Assembly: GCA_051294375.1 (NCBI GenBank)
Contig: CM119264.1
Coordinates: forward strand, 7,566,151-7,630,150
DNA: 64,000 nucleotides
Direction of reading: 5' to 3'
Origin: Paraspadella gotoi
Taxonomy: Eukaryota > Animalia > Chaetognatha
Made by a program: the position numbers and the translations under genes. The notes beneath the pieces are model-generated. The model made no database searches and was not told where the DNA came from. It saw nothing but the letters and a program-made list of their open reading frames with translations. Shown here piece by piece: positions 26,501-38,408 of the stretch (within the stretch, counting starts at the first letter, position 1; each line of letters opens with the position of its first letter).

Positions 26501-27911
26501 GCGAAAAACGGTGGAAACTTTTTCCACAAAAACGACCCTCGAGTTCGCGCTGAGATTTTCCTCAATTTTTTTTTACTTGTCTTTCGACTTTCTTATTTTA
26601 TCTTTTCTTTTTGAAACTTATCAATATTATAATTGTCACTTTTTTATAATTTTGACATCGCTTCCCTTCCTATTACCTTTGAAGCGGGCATTGCTTGGGT
26701 TCCGCCCGCCAATAAAATTTTTTCTTCCAGTTGTGACCTCGTGTCTCTTTGAGTAAAGCGAGCGGCTCATGACCACAAGCTACCGGGTTAAATTTCAACC
26801 CCTTACCAACATTTGGGAAGCGCGAAGACGCCCCTAGACCACCTTGTAGCAGGCTCCACCGCACAAGCCTGTTTCCAAACTCTGGACCCTTCCTTCGCTG
26901 AAAGAGGCGGTTGAAAAAGTTACGAAAGTAAGCTTCAGCCCGCTTAGCGCCATCCGCCCCAATTTACGATCCTTTATCTCTGGCGCGTGAACTGGAGAAT
27001 CAAAAGTGAAGTAATCACCGAGGATTAGACGGAGACAGTGATGAGGGTTCTTTCCTCCCGATTCCTATCATCTCAACTCTTTTCTCTTTTTTCTCTCTTA
27101 AAAGATAACAGGTGATTTTCAGAACTTTGTTTCGCTCGCATTTGTTTGGAGCTTATCCCTTACTCTTCGCCGTGAATAGTTTGTTTGTTTATTCAAAGTC
27201 TCACACTTTTTATCTCACCTTAACAGAAAAACAAAGTCGTCATAACCGTAGACGGGCGGAACAAAGAGAAAGAAAAAAAATTTACGAGTCCGGGGCTCCA
27301 TTGTTCAGTCGCGAAACCGATTGTTGCCTAGCAACGAATAAGTGTCTCGCGTGTAAACAAACTGAACCTCGAGCATTCGTCTTCTCGCTTCGGTTTTTCG
27401 TCTTACCTTTGTCGTTGTCCATGAATCGCGGGTCAGTTTGTCGAGTGTAAATATAACTAAACATAGTTTTTAATCGTTATTTCGGTACAACTTAGTCTCC
27501 CGGGTCGTCGTCCCAAACGTCGTCGTCGTCTTTTTCTTATGGGTCGATGGTCATTTGTCATCGTTGTTGACGTCGTTTGAGCCGTCGTCGACCTCGAAAA
27601 ATCAAGACTATTTATCGAAGTTTTTGGTCGTTGTCGTCCTCTTCGTCGTCGTTGTCATCGTCGTCGGCATTATCATCGTCATCGTCGTCATCATCGTCAT
27701 CGTCATCGACCTTTTCGTTCCACTCTTTGATGTTTAAGTCTTCATATTATAATAGTTTAGATTCAAAAGAAAAACGAACAAATATTCCATCGGTTTTTTG
27801 TCTTTGCTTCTTGTTTTCTGCGATTTGTTTTTTTCAATGTTTTGCCACAAATCAGCGACGCCTTCGTATTTGGAAACTGGGGGAAACAAATGGTGAGTGG
27901 TAGATAGGAAA

Positions 27912-27955
<44 letters not shown>

Positions 27956-28279
27956 AGAGAGAGAGAAGAAGAGATTCCAAGAGAAAGAGAACTTTCCGAA
28001 GTCTTGACTTTCAGTAAACAAACACAAAGCTTGGTTCACGGTTGAGAGAGAAAAAGTTCTTTCGAGTCCATCCGTTTTGCTCTCGCGACTTCTGAGATCG
28101 GCGGGTGGGCAATCGGCGTCGTCAGGCGCCCCTATGATTGTCAGGAGGGATGGGCGTCGTCTGGAAATCCCTCTATCATCAGGCATTGTCGATCGAGCGG
28201 CGTCTTCTCGATTTCGCCGACGCAAAGAAAACGTCGCAGGCGACGGAGCGGAAATTGCGCCACCTGCCGTCGAAGATGG

Positions 28280-28313
<34 letters not shown>

Positions 28314-28914
28314 TTTTTTTTTCGAGACGAGGGTTATCACTGTTATAGTCGTTGTCATTATTTGACAAACATGAATCCACCCTTTGCACCCTGACTAAAT
28401 AAAAATACCAAGGGTCTCCTTCAGACTAAAACCTTTAAAACTCGGATTCTGTGAACAGATTTGCGATTAAAACTGAAGACTCTGTTCATTTACCTTGCCA
28501 GGATTCATATATAACCCCGAGACGAGAGGCGCTACATCCATGCACTTAATTTTCCTATACATTTTATTACATACATTCATTACATACATTACTATACATT
28601 TCCTATATATTAGGGCTGGCTGCACTGAGACTGTCGATCTAGTAATATGTCGAACGCCCGTGGCGAAATACCCAGAGCATATTAATTGTATATTTTTTAT
28701 TTTTTATTTTATTTTATATTTTCATATTCTTATATTGTTTTCATGAATGGACAAAAATCAAGACTCATAGCAAAGGAAATCAAGTGCAGTAACTGAATCT
28801 CAGATTTGTTTCCATATTGGAACCTAAAAACAATATATATATATATAAATATATATAAATCTATATAAATATATATATATAAGGGCAATTAATGCTCGTT
28901 AAAACCGAGGAGAC

Positions 28915-28968
<54 letters not shown>

Positions 28969-29396
28969 AAGAGAGTTTGTGTGTCGGATTTATGAAAGTG
29001 GAAATCATCACGTGTTTTTTTGAGACCACCTGTCGGGGGAATGAAATGGGTAATTGAAAAAGTTGTCACGATCACAAAGGAAAAAGGAAAACAAGTAAAA
29101 AAAGTGAAAGAAAAAAAAAAGATACATAACGAAAGAAATAAAAAACGAAAGGATAAAAGATATTGATAAAGATAAAGTATAAAGTATAGAGTAAAAATAA
29201 AGTTTTTTAATTTTAAATATTTACCATGGATTTTAAACTCTTAAAACAAAGAAAGCGAGAGGATAGTCAAATAGTCTTTTATACCAAATTCATTATTACT
29301 CTGAGAAGGAAGTTGAAGTCTTGCGGCATTGTCTCTATATGAATGAATGAAGTCATTCGACTCTCATAACTTTTAAAAGAGAAAAAAAATGAAACT

Positions 29397-29461
<65 letters not shown>

Positions 29462-32095
29462 GCTTCTCGACTCCGGTTTTCTTCCCTTTCCTCATTCTCT
29501 TTCTCCCAGTCGTCAAATCTCCTCGCTCTCCCATTGGTCGACGATGATTCGCGTCCCGCACGGCGATTGGTCGGATGGGCCGGCGGAGGTCGTCTTTGAC
29601 GTCATCTCGGCCGGCGGTTTGGCGCCATTTTTTCCTTCTCGCGACGTTGAATGCGCGAGCTGCGACCGTCAGAGTCGGCGTCGGGCCTATGGATCGAGTT
29701 CTTGGCATATTCCCGATGCTTATTGGCCGAAAAGCGGAAAGGATCGAGAAATTAACACCCAATGAGAATTTATTAAACAACACCCATAACGATGTTGTAT
29801 TAAACTCAATACCTAAATTACTATAGCCTTTGGCCCTTTAGTAAAGGGGATGTAAACATAGGTCGGGAGATCCGAGGCTCGAAAAGAAGAAAGAGTCGAA
29901 ATCCTATTGTCAATTTAAGCCAATGAATTTTTAGGGTAAACCTTAAACTTAACGCTTAACCGCGTGGGTGAAGCTTTTTTTACTTTGGGTATGTTCGACC
30001 TCTTCCTTCCCCAGCGAACAAAAGGGGCCAAAAAAAAAGTTGCAAATTAGGATCCTGAGTGACTCTCTCCCTCCTCTTATCCTTTGGGACATGTAAAGCA
30101 ATCTTACCAAAAAAAGTCTCGACTTTTTCCTCTTAGCCTCCGCTAATTGCGCCAGCTTACCAGCTTTCTTGAGTGCGTGTTTGCTTGCTAAGTTCATTTT
30201 AATCGGTAAATTAATAACATTTTCTCGTATACTTTATTTACTTACATTTTTTCCCCTCCTTTTTTATCTTTCTTTCTTTTTTTTCTCTTTCTATCTTTTT
30301 TTTTCTTTTTTTCTTTCTTTTTTGTCTTTTTTATTTTAAATTTTTGTCTTTTTGTCTTTTTGTCTTGTTGTCTTTTTGTCTTTCTTTCTCTCTTTATTTT
30401 CTCATTCTTTATTTCTTTTTTCAGTCTTTTTTTATTTCTTTTTTCTTATTCATTTTGAGTTCCCAAATTTTCCTTTCCTCTTGACTTAGACATGGACGTC
30501 GCATCCCACGAGACCTCGTTTCGCGTGTTCTCGACGTGCGTGTAACAATTTCGGAGCCGCAGAATTTGCTGAAAAAAAAAAAGATGAGCAAGCGGAACAT
30601 TTTTCAACATTCGCGTGCTAATGCCACGCCAAAAAAAATGCTCTGGTAAGTTTGGTAAATATGTCAATTCGGGCAATATTTGGTAGAAGTGGTAACTAGT
30701 AAGACGTAACCTTAATAGTCAGCAAAAATAATATTTTGATGCTTGAATTTTTTAAAAAATGTTTAAGGACTTGGGAACTTATAAGGAAACAGTATTAATT
30801 AATTAATTTATTATTATTATTTTTATATTATTATTATTATTTATTTATTAATTAATTTTGTTTGTTTTGAGCTAAAAATTCAATTTAAAAAGAGAAATGG
30901 CTGTTTAAAGTTTATTACATGTATTTTTTTAGAGTTATTATAATTATCACCTTGGTGGATCAGAAGATGCTTATTACTATTATCCTTTTAACAATATGAA
31001 CAGGTAAAACTCCTAGTAGAAGACAAGTAAAACAGATGAGAGGGAACTACTGTACATGTACATTGTACTATTTGTACATATACATGTAGGTACAGTGTAC
31101 ATAGATAGTGACAAAACAAACTTGATATCCTTCTAGTAGAATGTGGAATTGATGTATTAATTCATTTCATAACTTTGTTATGTATTTTCCTATATTCTTG
31201 ATTATCATATTTCAAATCATTAAATCTAAAACAAAAAACGAAACTTCTTTTTTCAAAAACCTTTTTTGAATAACTTTTTTGCTGCATTGAGAATTCTTTT
31301 AATTCCTACCAGGTTTGTGATTTTATTTTCAATTCCCTTTGGGTTTTTTTTCTTCTTCCACCTTCTATTCTTTCCCCTTCGCGTCGAGAAAAGATGACAG
31401 CAGATAAATGTTTAAATCTCGCGGAGGAGAGAAGGTCAGAGTTGAGACAAGGAAGGAAAACAAGTCGAGCATGACGAATTGTCGGCTTTCGTCGCCAAAG
31501 ATGACAAAGACGTCAGCTTCAGTTTGAAAAAAAGAAATGGAGATTCGAAGGAACGGAATGAAAAATAAAAGAATTTTAAAAAAAAATGTTTTCTGTCGTT
31601 TTTTTTTTCATATGTATGATAACATATAGCATAAGGTTATTATTCCTTATTTATGAAATTGTTCTTTTCGACTCGTGTATTGTACTTAATCAACCATGTT
31701 TTATTCGAATAAAAACGCGTATATTTTAGCTACACAACACAACATCAAAATAGACAATTCGGTTTTAGACTTAATAAAAAAATTTTAAAAAAAGAAAAAT
31801 ATGTGAGGATGAAATAGAAACCCAGACCTTCACAACCTGGCCAACAACCACAGCAAATTACCTGCTTCATTCATGAGGACAATTTGGGCGAAGACGACGA
31901 CGACAACGACGACGAACACTTCGACGATCCATCCGGACGAGAAAACGAAACCCGTACGCATTTTCCCGGAGGCGCCGTTCTTACCGGGAGCCGAAGCGCT
32001 TCGAGGTTATTTTTGTGGGCGGTAATGGAGTCCGGACTGCTTTTAGTGATTGCAGTTAAACCTTAATCACCGACTCGGATGAAGCTAGAGTGTTG

Positions 32096-32138
<43 letters not shown>

Positions 32139-33253
32139 GAGAGAGAGAGGGGAAAGTAAAGTGATGCCTGTTTAACCGACAGAAGACAGTCTTCGTCGTT
32201 TGTCATCGTCGTCGTCGTCATCGTCGTTTTCTTCCAGTCGTGAAGTAAAACTAATAAAATTGGGTTCAAGAAAAGGGTCGTGTTGAAAACATATTGACTC
32301 CGTAATTCAAGCGAGCGCTTCTGGGTCAAAAACATTTATTTTTGGGTTGAAAGTTCTTTGATATTTAGGTTTTTGATATGATTGCTCCAACTGTTGCGAC
32401 CTTATATCAATACTCTTTGGATAAGGCTCTCCTCAATCTCTGAAAGGTAATGGGGTAACGCTGCATCTCCGAACCCAATGGCAGCGGGTTCTGGCCTTGG
32501 AACGGTCCTGACAGCAAGTCAACTCCTGCACCCGAAGTTCCGGCAGGAAGGCATGTGGCGTAAAAATCTACTAGACCCAATGGCCAAAATAAAGAGGGAT
32601 CTTCTTCGGTTATTCAGTCATCCACACCACAGCATCAGAGATTTTTGGTTGATCCCATCTTTTTCATGTCGATTTCAAAACTAAATCCATTACCAAATAA
32701 TTTTGTAAATATATTTAACCTTACTTCCTGGAACCAACCTTATTATCTGCAGTCCGAAATTGTTTTTATAAGTAAAAGATTGCAAAGGTTTACAATGACT
32801 GGTAACGTTTCAAACAGCTTAATGCCGGTGTTAGATTCATTAATATTTCAAGTTGTACTAAAATCTTATAAAATACCACAACATTGACTAAAGAATATTA
32901 AAATCATTAAAATACAATCTGCATCTTTGACTTCCTTTCTCCATTTCCGGCCTCATTGCATCTAATATTTTCATTTCCTAATCTTAGTTCATTCTCTATT
33001 TGCTCTTCTCGACCTTTTTCTCTTCGGTTCCACTTCGACAGTCGACCATCTTCCTCGATTCCGAGGATTCCAGGTCTCGAAAATCCAAGCGATGAAAAAT
33101 CTCCGCACGACGCGCTAATATTACTGAGTCATAAATAACTGTCGTCTTTGCCGATCGCCAATCGTTTTTTCTTTCTTTCTTTCTTTCATTCATTCATTCA
33201 TTCATTCATTCATTCATTCATTCATTCATTCATTCATTCTTTCATTCTTTCAT

Positions 33254-33292
<39 letters not shown>

Positions 33293-33557
33293 ATCTTTCT
33301 TTCTTTCTTTCATTCATTCATTCATTCATTCATTCATTTTCTTTTAGACCTCAGCCTTATCACACATCGTCTTCCCTAAAATATCGACTCCCCGGATGTC
33401 GTTCGTTTCTCTGACTCATTCCCAAGAGTAAATAATTCCTTCAGCGTCTCTTTCCTGGATCTCACCGAATCCATAGAGTATTCGTTTGTAAATAATTCTT
33501 TCAATGTCCCGAGAAAGGTCGGTTCACAATCGCCCATTTCTACTCTGAAGATTTAAT

Positions 33558-33641
<84 letters not shown>

Positions 33642-34904
33642 TAGAGACAGAGTCATCCCAAACTTTCGTCTCCTCTCTGATCAAATGTCCCCTCGGAAGC
33701 TTTTTCCGAATCGCGATTCTATTCGCTGACGAACGGAAAACTTCCATCCAACTGACCCCAAGATGACCCTAAATTCGAATTGTCGCCGGAAATCCCTTCA
33801 TTTTATATTTCACGATGGGGACTATATTTTTTTGAAACTGTCAAACTTGGCCTTTTTTCAAATGTGCGTCCAGTGGAGATTTTCTTTCTTTTGATTTAAA
33901 AATTCGTGCGGCGCAACTACGAAGCTTTTAAAATGGTGACTGAAGCCAAAGAGCATCGGGTGAACTCGAGGTTGAAGATAAATGTAACTGATTAAATCGA
34001 GGCGGGAAAAATTGCGACGGTTAAAATAGTGTTTGAACAAAAGTCCTAATGATGAAAGTGAGAAGCGAAATCAAGACTTTTAGCGACAGCGGGGACGACT
34101 AGTAAACCTGGAACGTTTACTTTTAATATTTCGTAAAATAAAATTCGGAAAAAATCACACTCGTGCTCACATTCGAACGGGAAAGTTTTATTAAATTTGT
34201 TTATCAGTGAATATATAATAGAGTAGAACAAAAATTAAGAGAATAGAGAGAACAAAAATTTGATTTGAGTCAATTAACAATAATAATTTTACGCGAGATA
34301 GTATGATTATTGAGTAAAAAAAATATTTTGTTCATATTGTTTCGGGAATTGAAAAGCAAAATACAATATATTTATGAAAATTTGCAAATTACTTGTTTCA
34401 CTATTTTTCTATTTTTATATTTTATGAAGGATTAGTATTTAATCTTATTATTTAATCAAATATATATGCTTTCTTTCTTAAAAATGTTTTATTTATCTAA
34501 TAATTCAATTTGGGAAGCGGAAGTCAGTGTTGTCTTCTGGAAATAGAGGGAGCATCTATACAACACAAGGTTAGATTACTATCTGTCCTAGTTTTCTAAT
34601 AGATATTCACACATCATTTCTGTTAGAAAGTCATTAATGAAAAATCATAATATCTAAGAGGCTGAACAGAAAGGGGTGGGAATGGATAATTTTTTGAGGG
34701 GTGACAAAGTTATATATGATTTTTTTTACCAATAGGGATAAGACTACCATGTAGAATTGTATGTTTCTGATAGGGATACATACCGGGGGAAAGGTCTATA
34801 GGGGCACCTTTATGTCATGAATATAATTTTAAAGTTATATTTTTTCTTTATTCTACTTTTTAATTGTTTCTTTTTTGAATATTTTTTATCTTTTATTTTT
34901 ATAC

Positions 34905-35614
34905 TGAAGAGGCTGGTTTTACAGGGCGCCACACCCGCAGCGGTGTCACCTCGTGGCGACAGCGAGACCAGCATGTTCATGTAGTCCAGAGCTTTGGATC
35001 TGGCAGTAGGCCCATGCCTACAGGCGGGTTACCCGGGTCCATCCCACTTTCTACATGACAACCTCAGGGCTCGAACCAGGGACGCACATTGGGATGGTGC
35101 ATTAGTCCACTGAGCCACTGAGGCGCTGTGAAAGTAACAGCTTTAATCCATCTGTGGTGATAGGACCACCAGACAGGCGCCCCCAGGACTCTCGCATATG
35201 AGAGTACGAAGCAGGGGGATGAAGCGCATGTCTCTCCGCTGACTTCATCTCTTGCTTTAGTGGCAGCTGTGTAGCTCAAACCACATCAAGGGCAGAGGAG
35301 TATTATCATGCCCGGGTTGCGTTTCGGGATCACGTCGGGCTCACCATTGAAGAGGCTGGTTTTACAGGGCGCCACACCCGCAGCGGTGTCACCTCTGGCG
35401 ACAGCGAGACAGCATGTTCATGTAGTCCAGAGCTTTGGATCTGGCAGTAGGCCCATGCCTACAGGCGGGTTACCCGGTCCATCCCACTTTCTACATGACA
35501 ACCTCAGGGCTCGAACCAGGGACGGCACATTGGGATGGTGCATTAGTCCACTGAGCCACTGAGGCGCTGTGAAAGTAACAGCTTTAATCCATCTGTGGTG
35601 ATAGGACCACCAGA
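34905..35614 (-). mobile_element. Non-autonomous miniature LTR retrotransposon (TRIM) with tRNA-like LTR segment, Helenus-like
   Basis: Two near-identical ~268-bp direct repeats (34905-35173, 35348-35614) around a ~174-bp non-coding core; 4-bp target duplication ATAC (34901-34904, 35615-35618); minus-strand PBS TGGTGAGCCCGACGTGAT one base after the LTR end ...TTCA (tRNA-Trp-like 3' end with CCA at 35329-35346); G-rich tract before the other LTR. Confidence 0.85.
35061..35124 (-). promoter_or_regulatory. tRNA-like internal Pol III promoter (A box and B box) inside the LTR; second copy at 35501-35565
   Basis: Minus strand GCCTCAG-TGGCTCAGTGG (A box) ... GGTTCGAGCCC (B box)-TGAGG; CCTCAG/CTGAGG can form an acceptor-like stem; no intact anticodon arm. 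Confidence 0.65.
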
Positions 35615-36075
35615 ATACAATGGGAAGGTCATCAGTTGGGAACCTATACCCTTCATGGATTTCGGCTCTTTAATCCCAATATCCAGGTATAGGCGAGCCA
35701 TACCAAATGGTGATCCTTCATTGTGCTTATCTTATATTTTAAATGTATATTTTGAATGTTTATCTGAAACAGACCAAAGCCCTGGCTTCACAGCATCATT
35801 AATTTTAGAGAAATTTTATTCAGGTTTTGTAATAATTTGTAATTTGTAAATAAATAAAATAAGTTAAATAATTAGTTTAATAATAAGTTAATAATTAAGG
35901 TATGTTAATGTAAAGTTAACATTAAGTTAATTGGTAAAAGTAAAAAAATAAATTAAATCAGAGAGTTAAATAAGTTAAATAAGTTTAAATAAGTTATTTA
36001 AATAATATTGTTGATGTATTATTAAATATTATTATTTAGTGGTTTATTTTTGTTATTTTTTCCTTATCATTTTTA

Positions 36076-36360
36076 TTAGGAACTATCATGTATAATCTTT
36101 TTTGAAAATAGATTTACATCAGTAACATTATATTTTTTTATTAGCTCCTTATAATTATTGAAAATTTTAATTCCCATTTTTCTTAAGTCCTTAAATATAT
36201 AACCCTGACTTTGTAGTTTTTTGCTTAAATTTATAGCTCTTGAAGAAAAATCTGTAAACGTCGAACATATTTCTTGCATATCTTATTAATTGGCTAATAA
36301 ATTACACCTAGTGCTGCTTTTTTAGGAATACAACTGTCCATATATGGGTAATTAACTATT
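36076..36360 (-). mobile_element. Penelope-like retroelement reverse transcriptase C-terminal (thumb) fragment, frameshifted
   Basis: Minus-strand translation with two frameshifts: IVNYPYMDSCIPKKAALGVI/ISQLIRYAR/ICSTFTDFSSRAINLSKKLQSQGY, matching the remembered PLE consensus (P..S.IP....GV..SQLIRYAR.CS...DF..R...L..KL..QGY). Confidence 0.7.
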
Positions 36361-37717
36361 ATTTAATTAATTAATTAATATTTAATTAATTATTATTATC
36401 CTTATAAAATATAAAATCTTCAAAATAAGTTTTTTTAAATTTTTATTCAAGATTCAGATTTCTCATAAAAAGTTAGACAAAAAATATAAAACATGTTATC
36501 ACAAATTTCTATGTCTACAAAATTTTACAAAAGTTTCTTATTTTTTTCTGACAAATCCAAATCTGTAATTAAAATTTAAATTTTTTTTTTTAAATTTTAC
36601 AAATTTATAAGTATATTTTTTTAATCACATATACGGAGCCAGCAAAAAAATATTGTTAACTCGCTTAATCTATTCATCACTCTACCCTAATATATAACTC
36701 TTTTAAACACGGACGGTTTCTTAAAATTAAATAAGAAACTTTGTACGTATTCTAAGAAGAAAAAAAATTGACATTTGTGCGTCTCATTACAGATCTTCCA
36801 ACGGTGGCCTTAAAGCAGAAGGGAGACAAAATTCGTTGTGGAAACTCAAGAGAAAAATAAAAAAAAGGAAATTTAATCATCCTAATGGAAATCGTCAACA
36901 AATCGTTGCCCCTTTGTTGTTGTTGTTGTTTTTATTTTTGATTTACCATCATCACTGTCATCGAAAAAGCTATGGGAGGATTAAATATTATTTTTCGATC
37001 TCGTGTTTGCCTATTCGATGACTTTTTTTTTTCATTATCATCATCTTCCGTGTCATTATCGTCGTCACCAAATTGGTTGTTGTCCTATTGAGTGTTGTCT
37101 TCGTTGCAATTGCCATTTCTCTCAGTGCTGGAGACGGTTTCAACGAAAAGGTCAAATTGACCAAAAACATATTTTTTTCCCAGAATTTTCCGCGTGACGA
37201 CGAAACGTCAGTATGAATGATCAGAGTTTGCAAATTTCTCTGCTCATTGCTAATTGGGAATCGACTATATAGACAAATCAACCTAGAATAAAAAAAAACC
37301 CTGGTCTGCATTTATTGACTTTTTTTCTCAAAAAATATTTGCCGTGGGTCCAAAGGAATCGAAAGAACCGCTCGGCATTAATAACTGTGACCTGTGATCT
37401 ATATTCTATATTCCTGTTGCATGTCGGAAGGATTAGTTTTATTCATATCAAATATAAATTTTTTTTCGCGAGATTAATTTTTCATATAATTTAAATATCA
37501 AAGCTCATATTATCGCTAAAATGTGAATCCTTAAACGAATTCATAGTTCCAAAAATTTCCATCCCTTACAATGATATATTTTTTCTAAAGTCAGTTTCAT
37601 TGGTTATTAAATAAAATAATAAAATAAGAGGATCTTACCTGATGCACACAAAGCAATTCCCTAAGCACCAGAATCCGGTTTCTCTACTCTCTCTCTCTCT
37701 CCTCTCTCTCTTTTCTC

Positions 37718-37770
<53 letters not shown>

Positions 37771-38305
37771 CTCTCTCTCTCTCTCTCTCTCCCTCCCTTC
37801 CCCCTTTCTCTCTTCACCCCCGCATCTTTCCAGACTCTCCCTCTCTCTTCCCCCGTCTCCAGTTTTTTAACATTAAAAACTCCTCATATTTCCATCTCCT
37901 TTGTTCGAATTCCTCTCTTCTCGCGCCTCCACTTTTCCGTCTCGCGCCAACGCGGTTTCGACCATCGCGCGTGCATCGCGAACTCGCGCCACGTGACGAA
38001 GACGACGACGACGAGGCTCTTCCGTTGCCTGGCAACGATGACGTCACCAAAGATTGCTTCCATAAATTTTTCAGGTGATATTCTCATCTCCCGCCTCCTT
38101 TTGTTTCTTTCTTTTTTTCTTTTTTTTTTTTGGGGGGGGGGGTTCCCGCGGCGACCGGTGCCACCCGACTTGGTTTCCCCTTTCGTCGAGGGCGGAATCC
38201 CTTGAGAGACTAAACCGAAGGAGGCTCGTCTTCGAATCCTAGTACAGGGTGATACTGAACTAAACCATTTCGTAAATTATGAAAGAGAAATGTATAAAAA
38301 AAAAT

Positions 38306-38408
38306 ATATGAAATTGGTATAACCAATATAAAAATTATCCATTCATTTAATAAATAAGCTATCTTGCCCCTGACTTTGGACAGGCTTTGGTGGTTTAAGG
38401 CCTCCATC
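38306..38408 (+). mobile_element. Truncated copy of the same dispersed repeat
   Basis: Reverse complement of about 50435-50535. Confidence 0.65.

Noticed and set aside
27734-28394. ORFs on both strands over a GC-rich patch
   Set aside because: Driven by (GTC)n and (GA)n repeats; no recognisable domain or consistent splice structure.
35061-35124. Functional tRNA gene
   Set aside because: Only about 64 nt, no proper anticodon arm or full T-stem, and duplicated as part of the LTRs.
35621-35670. Type II hammerhead using the intact CTGATGA on the minus strand near 35629-35635
   Set aside because: The bases after CTGATGA (CCTTC) cannot pair with GAGCC to form stem II, and the 44-kb copy reads CTGATAA.
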